Positions 1 to 8,041 of a stretch of 64,000 nucleotides of DNA are shown in pieces. This DNA comes from an uncultured Pelagibacteraceae bacterium. Lineage in GTDB: Bacteria > Pseudomonadota > Alphaproteobacteria > Pelagibacterales > Pelagibacteraceae. A program made the position numbers and the translations under genes. Numbering within the stretch: position 1 is the stretch's first letter; each line of letters begins with the position of its first letter. Below the pieces are notes generated by a model. It ran no database searches. It was not told the origin of the DNA and worked only from the letters and a program-made list of their open reading frames with translations. The stretch spans positions 527-64,526 of the forward strand of contig CACHRU010000004.1 of assembly GCA_902582345.1 (NCBI GenBank), in the 5' to 3' direction.

Positions 1-768
1 AAACTTCAGTTTAAAAATGTTTTAATTAAAGCTCAAAGACTTGGTTACGCTGAAAATAATCCAGAGTCAGACTTAAACGGAGAAGATGTTGCATCTAAAG
101 TTCAAATACTTTCATCATTAAGTTTTAATTCATTTATAAATAAAAATATTCACATTGAAGGGATAAAAAATATTGATATGGATGATATTTCAAATGCAGA
201 CAAATTAGGCTATAAGATAAAATTACTTGGTTTTTCAGAATTAATAAATAATAAAATTTATCAAAGAGTACATCCAACTTTGATAAATAAATCATCTTAC
301 ATAGCAAGCATTAATGGTGTTTTAAATGCAGTAATTGTAAATGGTTTACCAGTAGGTAAAAGTGTTATTCAGGGCGAGGGCGCGGGGCCATCTGCTACAA
401 CATCTGCACTTATATCTGATGTTTCATCAATATTGAGAGGAAATATTAAATACCCTTTTGTAATTTCGAATAAAAAAAGAAAAAAACTCCATTCAGGAAA
501 TATTTCAAAACTCTCTTTTTCAGCTTATGTTAGACTTGATGTTAAAGACAAACACGGAGTTTTATCAAATATAACTAAAACTTTTTCTAGATTTAAAGTG
601 TCTATAAAAAGACTAATTCAAAACCCTGCTAAATCCAAAAAAAACTCATCGATTGTAATAATTACTCACAGGGCCCTCGATTTAAATCTGCAAAAAACAC
701 TGAAAATTTTATCTAAGAAGAATTATATGATAAAAAAGCCTAAATTAATAAGAATTGAAAATAATTAA
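1..768 (+). CDS. hom: homoserine dehydrogenase (5'-truncated by window), C-terminal ACT domain
   Basis: Frame open from base 1 (AQRLGYAENNPESDLNGEDVASK); GEGAG..TTSALISD motif; ACT-like DKHGVLSNI; upstream of glpX-recJ. Confidence 0.93.
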   Translation, partial: KLQFKNVLIKAQRLGYAENNPESDLNGEDVASKVQILSSLSFNSFINKNIHIEGIKNIDMDDISNADKLGYKIKLLGFSELINNKIYQRVHPTLINKSSYIASINGVLNAVIVNGLPVGKSVIQGEGAGPSATTSALISDVSSILRGNIKYPFVISNKKRKKLHSGNISKLSFSAYVRLDVKDKHGVLSNITKTFSRFKVSIKRLIQNPAKSKKNSSIVIITHRALDLNLQKTLKILSKKNYMIKKPKLIRIENN

Positions 769-1709
769 TGGCTATCGATGTTAAGTACTTAAATAAATTC
801 ATTTCTGTCACTGAAAAAGCAGCCATTGGATCATCTTTTTTTATTGGGAAAAAAGATAAGATCGCAGCCGATCAAGGTGCAGTCGATAAAATGAGGAGTG
901 AACTTAATAAAATTGAGATGAAAGGGCTCGTTGTAATAGGAGAAGGCGAAATGGATGAAGCTCCAATGTTATACATTGGTGAAAAAGTTGGAACAAACCG
1001 CGGTCCTTTGTTTGATATAGCCCTAGACCCTTTAGAGGGGACCAACTTTGTTGCAAATAATTTACCTAATTCTTACTCAATGATCGCGGTAACGGAAAAA
1101 GATAATCTTTTTTCTGCACCCGATACTTATATGGAAAAAATTGCTATAGGTCCTAATCTACCTAAAAATTTACTAGACTTAGATAATCCAGTAGAAAAAA
1201 ATTTAAATTTATTAGCTAAAGCTAAAAATAAAAAATTAACTGATTTAACCGCATGTGTACTACAAAGACCAAGACACGATAAAATTGTACAATCTTTAAA
1301 TAAATTAGGTGTAAAAATTAAATTTATATCAGACGGTGATGTTGCAGGCGTAATTGCTGTAGGAGATAAAAATTCAAAAATAGACATATATTTGGGTATA
1401 GGAGGTGGTCCAGAGGGTGTTTTATCTGCTGCTGCACTTAGTTGTATTGGCGGACAAATTCAAACAAGATTAGTTTTAGATAATGAACAAAAAAAAAGAA
1501 TTGATCAATTTGGAATTAAAAATTTAAAAAAGAAATATAATATCGATGATATGGTTAAAGGAGACGTAATTTTTTGCGCTACTGCAATAACAGATGGATT
1601 ACTTGTACCTGGCATTCAAAAGAAGGATGATGAATTTGTTACATCAACTTACGCACTACACAAATCCTCTAATACGATAAAAAAAGTTACAAATATTCAT
1701 AAAGGATGA
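768..1709 (+). CDS. glpX: class II fructose-1,6-bisphosphatase
   Basis: VVIGEGEMDEAPML, DPLEGT, DGDV and GGGPEGVL motifs. Confidence 0.96.
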   Translation: MAIDVKYLNKFISVTEKAAIGSSFFIGKKDKIAADQGAVDKMRSELNKIEMKGLVVIGEGEMDEAPMLYIGEKVGTNRGPLFDIALDPLEGTNFVANNLPNSYSMIAVTEKDNLFSAPDTYMEKIAIGPNLPKNLLDLDNPVEKNLNLLAKAKNKKLTDLTACVLQRPRHDKIVQSLNKLGVKIKFISDGDVAGVIAVGDKNSKIDIYLGIGGGPEGVLSAAALSCIGGQIQTRLVLDNEQKKRIDQFGIKNLKKKYNIDDMVKGDVIFCATAITDGLLVPGIQKKDDEFVTSTYALHKSSNTIKKVTNIHKG

Positions 1710-3490
1710 ATAATATTTCAGTATCAGGAAAAAAGTGGTCATTAAAAAAATTTAATGAAGAAGACGTTATTTTTTTTAAAGAAAATTTTTTTTTGGACCA
1801 TATTATTTCAAAATTATTATCTGTGAGAGGTGTGCCAAGAAAAGAGGTTGAATTATTTTTGAATCCATCCTTAAAAAATATTTTACCAAATCCTGAAATC
1901 TTAAAGGATATGAATAAAGCAACCAATAAAGTATTTGATAATATATCAAAAAAGAAAAAACTTGGAATTTTTGGTGATTATGATGTAGATGGAGCTAGCT
2001 CCACAGCTTTGTTAGGAAATTTTTTCAAGAAAATAAACCATCCTTACGAAATTTATATACCAGATAGAAAAACTGAGGGTTATGGACCAAGTAAAGAAGG
2101 TTTGAAAAAATTGATTGATCTAAATGTAGGTTTAATTTTTACCGTTGATTGTGGAACAATGTCATTCGAACCAATTAATTATGCAAATAATAAGCAAGTA
2201 GACATTATAGTTTTAGATCACCATCAGAGTGAAATAAAACTTCCTGATGCTCATTCAATAGTAAATCCAAATAGATACGACGACGAGTCAAACTTAAAAT
2301 ATCTTTGTGCTTCAGGAGTCTGTTTTATGTTTTTAATTTCTCTAAATAAAAAATTACGTGAAGAAGGATGGTATATACATAATAAAATAAAAGAACCAAA
2401 TCTCTTAGAATTTTTAGATTTGGTTTCTCTTGGAACAATTTGTGATGTAGTTCCTTTAATTGGTCTTAATAGAGCACTAGTAAAACAGGGTTTGAAAATA
2501 CTTAACTTAAAAAAAAATCTTGGAATAAAAACACTTCTTGATATTTGTGGTATTGAAACAAACTTATCCACTTATCATTTAGGATATATGATTGGTCCAA
2601 GAATAAATGCAGGTGGTAGAGTTGGAAAATGCTCACATGGCGCAAATTTACTTATGAATTCTGAGCCAAAAAAAATATTTCAGATTGCATCCGAGTTAGA
2701 ACAATTTAATAAAGAAAGAAAAATTCTCGAGTCAAATCTCTTGAGTGCAGTTTTAAATTTAACTTTAGAAAAAAACAAAGATCCAGTTCTTATCCTAGAC
2801 GGTGAAAATTGGCATGAGGGTATTATTGGGATAATTGCATCAAAAATTAAAGATAAATTTAATAAACCAACAATTATTGTATCGACTAAAAATGGAGTCG
2901 GTAAAGCATCTGCTAGATCAATAGTTGGTTTTGATATAGGTTCAGTGATTATTTCTGCAGTTCAAAAAAAATTATTGATTAAAGGAGGAGGGCACAAAAT
3001 GGCTGGCGGTTTTTCCCTTAAAATGTCAAATTTAAATGATTTTAAAAAATTTATTTTTAATAAATTTAATCAATTTCAAAATAAAAATTCTTTGGATAAA
3101 ATATTTTATATTGATAGCGAAATATCTCCCTCAGCGTTGAATATTAATTTTTATGAAAATTTGGAAAAATTGGCACCATTTGGCTCTGGAAATCCTGAAC
3201 CAAGATTCGTTATTGAAGATCTTAAGGTGATAAAATCAAAAATTGTTGGAGAGAAACACGTCAAATCTATTTTACTAGCTAAAGATGGTTCATCTATATC
3301 ATCTATTTGTTTCAACTGCTTGGATAATGAAATTGGTCAATTTTTAATCAATAATAATAAGGATTTTTTTAGTATTGTAGGTAAATTGAGTTTAAATGAA
3401 TGGAAAGGGAAAAAAAATGTAGAGTTTATTATCGACGATATTTCTGTTATTAAGAAAATCAAAAATAAGGTCCCATCGTCTATCGGTTAG
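1706..3490 (+). CDS. recJ: single-stranded-DNA-specific exonuclease RecJ
   Basis: GDYDVDG, TVDCG, LDHH, PRINAGGR and GGGHKMAGG motifs; 3' end overlaps tRNA-Glu. Confidence 0.96.
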   Translation: MNNISVSGKKWSLKKFNEEDVIFFKENFFLDHIISKLLSVRGVPRKEVELFLNPSLKNILPNPEILKDMNKATNKVFDNISKKKKLGIFGDYDVDGASSTALLGNFFKKINHPYEIYIPDRKTEGYGPSKEGLKKLIDLNVGLIFTVDCGTMSFEPINYANNKQVDIIVLDHHQSEIKLPDAHSIVNPNRYDDESNLKYLCASGVCFMFLISLNKKLREEGWYIHNKIKEPNLLEFLDLVSLGTICDVVPLIGLNRALVKQGLKILNLKKNLGIKTLLDICGIETNLSTYHLGYMIGPRINAGGRVGKCSHGANLLMNSEPKKIFQIASELEQFNKERKILESNLLSAVLNLTLEKNKDPVLILDGENWHEGIIGIIASKIKDKFNKPTIIVSTKNGVGKASARSIVGFDIGSVIISAVQKKLLIKGGGHKMAGGFSLKMSNLNDFKKFIFNKFNQFQNKNSLDKIFYIDSEISPSALNINFYENLEKLAPFGSGNPEPRFVIEDLKVIKSKIVGEKHVKSILLAKDGSSISSICFNCLDNEIGQFLINNNKDFFSIVGKLSLNEWKGKKNVEFIIDDISVIKKIKNKVPSSIG

Positions 3491-3543
3491 GACACATGGT
3501 TTTCATCCATGAAAGAGGGGTTCGATTCCCCTTGGGACCGCCA
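3469..3543 (+). tRNA. tRNA-Glu(TTC)
   Basis: Acceptor GGTCCCA/TGGGACC, anticodon stem CATGG/CCATG with loop TTTTCAT, T arm AGGGG-TTCGATT-CCCCT, encoded CCA. Confidence 0.96.
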
Positions 3544-3598
3544 AAACTTTCCAAAAATTAGAATTACCAATAAATATTTTGATTAAATTTACGTTCAG

Positions 3599-3627
3599 TG
3601 TGATCAAATTGTGATCGTTTTGCGATC
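3599..3627 (+). repeat. three GYGATC hexamers at 11-bp period (left arm-like sites, cassette 1)
   Basis: GTGATC-aaatt-GTGATC-gtttt-GCGATC at 3600, 3611, 3622. Confidence 0.7.
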
Positions 3628-3648
3628 ATTTATTTGTTAGAATTTTAT

Positions 3649-4029
3649 ATGAAAAAAATTTTCTACACTTTAATTTTATTTATTTTTTCATCTTTAAATG
3701 CTTACGCAGGTATATTTAGTAAAGATATATTTAAATTTGAAAGATGTTTTACCGAAAGCTATTCAAATCATAATGATTGGATTAAAAATAGTGGTTTTGT
3801 TAAATGGGAGTGGGAAATTAATTTAAAAAAAAAGTCAGCAACAAGAATAGCTCAATTAGCATCTGATAACATGTTACGAGTTGATAGTTTTAATATAATT
3901 GCTGTTACAGATGAATTTATTAAAACCGATGATCCAACAGGAACTTCATATATTTTTTTTAGAAAAAATGGAGAAATACAAGTTAAAGGTCTAGGTCTAT
4001 CTAAAATGTTTTGTGAAAAGTATAGCTAA
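3649..4029 (+). CDS. small exported hypothetical protein
   Basis: ATG at 3649 gives MKKIFYTLILFIFSSLNAYA signal peptide; two Cys. Confidence 0.7.
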   Translation: MKKIFYTLILFIFSSLNAYAGIFSKDIFKFERCFTESYSNHNDWIKNSGFVKWEWEINLKKKSATRIAQLASDNMLRVDSFNIIAVTDEFIKTDDPTGTSYIFFRKNGEIQVKGLGLSKMFCEKYS

Positions 4030-4032
4030 TTT

Positions 4033-4689
4033 ATGAAACCAACATTTAGTAAAATAATAATATATTTAATTGTTGTGAATTTTTATCAAAATTTAATGGC
4101 AGCTGATTTGCCAGAAAAATTATTTGGTGTAAAATTAAAAGATCATATCGCTATTTATGCTGATAAAAGAAAATATAAAGAATCTTTTATGCCGAAAGGG
4201 ACACTGAGTTTTAAACTATCAACAAAAGATGAATTAAAAGAAATAAAACCAAATGATATTTTTGATTATTATTATTTGACTACAAAAAAAGATTTAAAAG
4301 TTTTATCCATTGAAGCTATTAAAGAGTATCCGGATGTAAAATCTGAGAATTTTAATAATGTTTGTCTTTCTGAATTACAAAAATTGAATAAAACTTTAGC
4401 TGATTTATATAATGTAAATCCAAATAAATTTAAACGTCGAGATTATAAAGTTAAAGATGATACTTTCACCTATTTAATTCAAACAAAATCATTAAATTAT
4501 AGAATAGGTGGAGAAAGTATAAGACTTTTCATTAGATGTGGTCATATAGGTGTTAAAGGACAAGTGGTGAGCCTACTGTCATTAGGCTTCATGACTCAAG
4601 AGCATTTCAAGAAAGATTGGTCACCTTTACTTGAAGATATGAAATTAATATCAAATGATTTCATTAAAAAAGATTTAAGAGGTTTTTAA
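4033..4689 (+). CDS. exported hypothetical protein
   Basis: 218-aa ORF with N-terminal hydrophobic signal-like segment. Confidence 0.7.
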   Translation: MKPTFSKIIIYLIVVNFYQNLMAADLPEKLFGVKLKDHIAIYADKRKYKESFMPKGTLSFKLSTKDELKEIKPNDIFDYYYLTTKKDLKVLSIEAIKEYPDVKSENFNNVCLSELQKLNKTLADLYNVNPNKFKRRDYKVKDDTFTYLIQTKSLNYRIGGESIRLFIRCGHIGVKGQVVSLLSLGFMTQEHFKKDWSPLLEDMKLISNDFIKKDLRGF

Positions 4690-4691
4690 AA

Positions 4692-4708
4692 GTGATCAAA
4701 TTGCGATC
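4692..4708 (+). repeat. two GYGATC hexamers at 11-bp period (right arm-like sites, cassette 1)
   Basis: GTGATC-aaatt-GCGATC; same motif and spacer as 3600-3616. Confidence 0.7.
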
Positions 4709-4784
4709 ACGCTCTAGTTAATTTAAAAGAATTATGCTAAAAGCATTGCTAATAAAGTGGTTCTGACCTAGGGTCACCATCAAC

Positions 4785-4816
4785 AAAGAGGGGTTCGATT
4801 CCCCTTGGGACCGCCA
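4785..4816 (+). repeat. exact copy of tRNA-Glu 3' 32 bp (att core copy 2)
   Basis: AAAGAGGGGTTCGATTCCCCTTGGGACCGCCA identical to 3512-3543. Confidence 0.95.
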
Positions 4817-4872
4817 AAAACTTCAAAAACCCTCAATAAACATAACTAGCAAATTATAAATTATTATTTTAC

Positions 4873-4890
4873 TGTGTCACCAGTGTGTCA
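4873..4890 (+). repeat. TGTGTCA x2 at 11-bp period (left arm-like sites, cassette 2)
   Basis: TGTGTCA-ccag-TGTGTCA; last base is the A of the next ATG. Confidence 0.65.
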
Positions 4891-5132
4891 TGAAAAAATT
4901 ACTTATTATTTTTATTCTTTTACTGTTTTCATGCAGTCAAGAAGATCAAAGTATGAAAAATTGTATAAAAGATTTGCAAACAAAATCTATTATTAAAAAT
5001 GGAAATGAAATGAAAATAAACAAAGAAATTGCTATTAAGTATTGTAATTTGTTTGATGAAAGTTTCCCAGAATTATTTAAAAAAAATAAAGGTGTGAATT
5101 TGGGTGTTGAGCAGGAATGGAACATTAGATGA
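4890..5132 (+). CDS. small putative lipoprotein
   Basis: MKKLLIIFILLLFSC lipobox-like signal; 80 aa. Confidence 0.65.
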   Translation: MKKLLIIFILLLFSCSQEDQSMKNCIKDLQTKSIIKNGNEMKINKEIAIKYCNLFDESFPELFKKNKGVNLGVEQEWNIR

Positions 5133-5524
5133 AATATCTATTTATAATTTCATATGCCATTTTTATTTTTTTTATAAGCGCAGTTTCAAAAGCAGAGACT
5201 AAGTGGGAAGAATTTACTAATACTGCTAATTCTATAATTTATATAACTGAAGAAAATCTTCAAATAACAAAAGGTTATGTTCAATTTGATTTTTTGTATG
5301 ATTTTAGAAAAAAGAACGCTGATATCTCGTCAATGAGGGTCACTTATATCATTGACTGTAAAAAACAAAAATCAGCTATTAAGAAAACAATCAGTTACGC
5401 AAAACCAATGGGCAAAAACAAATTAAGAGAAGAAATTAAAAAAGATTTAAAATGGGATACAGTTCTCAGTACAAAAACTAAAGTTACTGCTCTTGGATTA
5501 GCTATGAGAGAGGGTTGTATTTAA
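5129..5524 (+). CDS. exported protein, surface-adhesin E-like
   Basis: Signal peptide; W..(N/T)...Y pattern, S......DC, C-terminal W...C layout resembling adhesin-E family. Confidence 0.55.
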   Translation: MKYLFIISYAIFIFFISAVSKAETKWEEFTNTANSIIYITEENLQITKGYVQFDFLYDFRKKNADISSMRVTYIIDCKKQKSAIKKTISYAKPMGKNKLREEIKKDLKWDTVLSTKTKVTALGLAMREGCI

Positions 5525-5532
5525 GTTTATAT

Positions 5533-5934
5533 ATGAAAAAATTAATTGTTAATATTTTTATTCTTTTACTGTTGTCTAATTTGTGTATAGCTCAAGACCG
5601 AAACTTTGTACCTGTCGCAACAGTAAATGGTGAATTATATCTATTAGATTTCAATTCAATAAAACCAGGCGATAATAATGAAATAAAATATATTCAGTTA
5701 ATATCATTTAAAAAAAAACAAACTACAGAAAATGGAAAAAAATATCTATCAGTACAAATGTATATGAAAGGTAAATGTAATGAAATGATTAACAAACCCT
5801 ACATTTTACAATACTATGATGCTCAAATGAAAAAAGGAAATATAGTAAGATCAGCAAAATGGGGTGGTGATTGGAGTAAACCTAAAAAAGGAACTGCCTA
5901 CCATGTAGTTTTAGAAGAAGCTTGCAAAAATTAA
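5533..5934 (+). CDS. exported protein, surface-adhesin E-like
   Basis: ATG at 5533 (MKKLIVNIFILLLLSNLCIA); YLLDFNSIK, YLS...C, W....GT......AC layout. Confidence 0.55.
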   Translation: MKKLIVNIFILLLLSNLCIAQDRNFVPVATVNGELYLLDFNSIKPGDNNEIKYIQLISFKKKQTTENGKKYLSVQMYMKGKCNEMINKPYILQYYDAQMKKGNIVRSAKWGGDWSKPKKGTAYHVVLEEACKN

Positions 5935-5999
5935 ATTTGAAGTCTATTCCACCTCCAAACACCTATTGGAATAGTCTTTAGTGAATGTTAAGATAAGTT

Positions 6000-6347
6000 A
6001 TGAAAAATTTATTTTTATCAATAATATTTATTTTTTTTTGTATAACAAAAGTTAACGCAATTACGATAGTTTGCGAACACTCTGGAGAAAAGTTTGATTA
6101 TATGTTTATACTAGATGGAAATGAAACTTTCGCATATGTTCTTGAAGGTAATAAAGATTCTGGTATTGGCGAAATAAAACGTACTAAAACACCAGAAGGT
6201 TGGATATTTGAATTAACAAATATGTATCAAGGTCAAAAAGAAACAATGACTTGGGATGTAAATTTAAGAAAAAAAAGTGGGCTCTTTAAAATGAATTTGG
6301 TTGGTAAGAAAAAAACACGAAAAGTAAAGTGCAGTAAATTGCTCTGA
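6000..6347 (+). CDS. small exported hypothetical protein
   Basis: MKNLFLSIIFIFFCITKVNA signal; Cys near both ends of mature part. Confidence 0.7.
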   Translation: MKNLFLSIIFIFFCITKVNAITIVCEHSGEKFDYMFILDGNETFAYVLEGNKDSGIGEIKRTKTPEGWIFELTNMYQGQKETMTWDVNLRKKSGLFKMNLVGKKKTRKVKCSKLL

Positions 6348-6362
6348 CAAATACTAGACGCA

Positions 6363-6974
6363 ATGCCTTGGTCTAATAATAGTTTTTCTCTCTCCGAAAA
6401 AGTGAAAATTGATAAATTATTTTTAAATGTTCACAATTTTACTAATAAAGAAGTGAACTACATTTACTCAAGCTCAGAAGATGACAAAGAATATATGCAT
6501 TATGAATTATTAATTAATAAAAAAGCATATTTAAGATTAAAAGCAAACAAGATTACCTATAACAATTTAAAAAATTATCTTGATAAAATGGAAGACAATA
6601 AACCAAGTGACATTAAATTGGACCGAATTAAAAACAAAAACTCTTTTCGTTTGATGCCTAATTACGATGATATGAGTAAATCAAAAGATCTTTTTCCTTT
6701 TAGAGAAATTCAATTTACTTCAATGATTTTTTTAAAAAATGACAAATATAAAGGATTATGGACCAATCTAGCATTTGATAGATTTTGGGTGCTATATGAT
6801 GTTAAAAAAAAAGATGGTTTTTTTGGAGATTATAAAGATTGGGATTTTGAAAATTGGGACAAGGATTTAAAAGATGAATTTGATAATACAATTGGAAATA
6901 ATTTTATAAAGAAAACAATTAAATTTTTTAATAAGATCAAACCATCTCAATATGAAAATCCCAAGATTAAGTAG
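6363..6974 (+). CDS. hypothetical protein
   Basis: 203-aa ORF with no signal peptide or recognised motif. Confidence 0.6.
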   Translation: MPWSNNSFSLSEKVKIDKLFLNVHNFTNKEVNYIYSSSEDDKEYMHYELLINKKAYLRLKANKITYNNLKNYLDKMEDNKPSDIKLDRIKNKNSFRLMPNYDDMSKSKDLFPFREIQFTSMIFLKNDKYKGLWTNLAFDRFWVLYDVKKKDGFFGDYKDWDFENWDKDLKDEFDNTIGNNFIKKTIKFFNKIKPSQYENPKIK

Positions 6975-6991
6975 TGTGTCTGCAGTGAGTC
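6973..6991 (+). repeat. AGTGWGTC x2 at 11-bp period (right arm-like sites, cassette 2)
   Basis: AGTGTGTC-tgc-AGTGAGTC; overlaps stop codon of preceding ORF. Confidence 0.65.
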
Positions 6992-7045
6992 CGTTCTTGC
7001 CTATTTTTTTAAAATCATTTAATAATAAGGCTTATTTTAATTAAC

Positions 7046-7077
7046 AAAGAGGGGTTCGATTCCCCTTGGGACCGCCA
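7046..7077 (+). repeat. exact copy of tRNA-Glu 3' 32 bp (att core copy 3, attR-like)
   Basis: Identical to 3512-3543 and 4785-4816; preceded by AAC as in copy 2. Confidence 0.95.
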
Positions 7078-7084
7078 AATTTTT

Positions 7085-8041
7085 ATGTATAAAATAGCTG
7101 TCATCGAAAAAATCCATGAAGATGGTTTAAAAATTTTTTCTCAAAATCCCAATTATGAGTATGAACTAATTGAAGACACTTCAAAAGAAAATCTTATCAA
7201 AGAATTACCAAAATTTGATGGATGCACTTTAAGAGTCTCTGAATTAAATTCTGAAGTATTATCTCACTGTAAAAAATTGAAAGTTATATCAAGACATGGA
7301 GTGGGTTATGATAATGTTGATCTAGATTATATTAAAAAAAATAAAATTTCATTATTAATTACAGCAACAGCAAATGCAGTATCTGTAGCTGAACATGTTT
7401 TTTATATGATGCTATACATTTCTAAAGGGTTTAATAAATTTGATAGTGAAGTGCGATTGGGAAATTTCAAAAAAAATTCTCAAAAAATCAAAACTTTCGA
7501 GTTAAATAACAAAGAAATACTTATAGCCGGTTTCGGTAGAATTGGTCGAGCTCTATCAAAGAGATGCTCAAGCTTTCAGATGAAAATGAATATCTATGAT
7601 CCTTATGTTGATGAAAAAACTATAAATAATTGTGGTGGAAGAAAAGTAAGTGATTTCAATTTGGCTTTAAAAACCGCGGATTATGTCTCAATTCATATGC
7701 CTCTTACAGACAAAACTAATAATATAATAAACTACGATAATCTAAAAAAAATGAAAAAAAATTCAATTATAATAAACACTTCTAGAGGATCTATAATCAA
7801 TGAATTAGATCTAGACAAAGCTTTAAATGAAAATTTAATTTTTGGGGCAGGTTTAGATGTTTTTGAGAAAGAGCCAGTTGATAATAATAATCCATTACTA
7901 AAAAATGAAAAAGTCTTTTTAAGCCCACACTCAGCTACATTTACTGAAGAGTGCAAGTCTAAAATGAGTATTGAAACAACAAAAAATATAATTGATTTTT
8001 TTGAAAAAAAAATAGATAAATCAATGATAGTAAAGTTATGA
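7085..8041 (+). CDS. D-isomer-specific 2-hydroxyacid dehydrogenase (SerA-like, no ACT domain)
   Basis: RHGVGYDNVD, GFGRIG, INTSRG, GLDVFEKEP, SPHSA. Confidence 0.88.
   Translation: MYKIAVIEKIHEDGLKIFSQNPNYEYELIEDTSKENLIKELPKFDGCTLRVSELNSEVLSHCKKLKVISRHGVGYDNVDLDYIKKNKISLLITATANAVSVAEHVFYMMLYISKGFNKFDSEVRLGNFKKNSQKIKTFELNNKEILIAGFGRIGRALSKRCSSFQMKMNIYDPYVDEKTINNCGGRKVSDFNLALKTADYVSIHMPLTDKTNNIINYDNLKKMKKNSIIINTSRGSIINELDLDKALNENLIFGAGLDVFEKEPVDNNNPLLKNEKVFLSPHSATFTEECKSKMSIETTKNIIDFFEKKIDKSMIVKL

Larger units (their letters stand above)
3544..4816 (+). mobile_element. integrase-less mini-island/cassette 1 integrated at tRNA-Glu (1273 bp)
   Basis: Bounded by the tRNA 3' end (3512-3543) and its exact 32-bp copy (4785-4816); arm-like GYGATC repeats at both ends; two exported-protein ORFs. 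Confidence 0.75.
4817..7077 (+). mobile_element. integrase-less mini-island/cassette 2 (2261 bp), in tandem with cassette 1
   Basis: Bounded by att core copies at 4785-4816 and 7046-7077; TGTGTC-type arm-like repeats at both ends; five ORFs, none an integrase. Confidence 0.75.

Noticed and set aside
4785-4816. Extra tRNA genes at 4785 and 7046
   Set aside because: Only variable loop, T arm, acceptor 3' strand and CCA are present; no D or anticodon arm.
5935-5999. Integron attC site between cassette genes
   Set aside because: No RYYYAAC/GTTRRRY pair framing the inverted repeat, and no IntI-type integrase.
3512-7077. Three identical 32-bp repeats read as a CRISPR array
   Set aside because: Spacers are kb-sized and coding, the repeat is the tRNA 3' end, and no cas genes are present.
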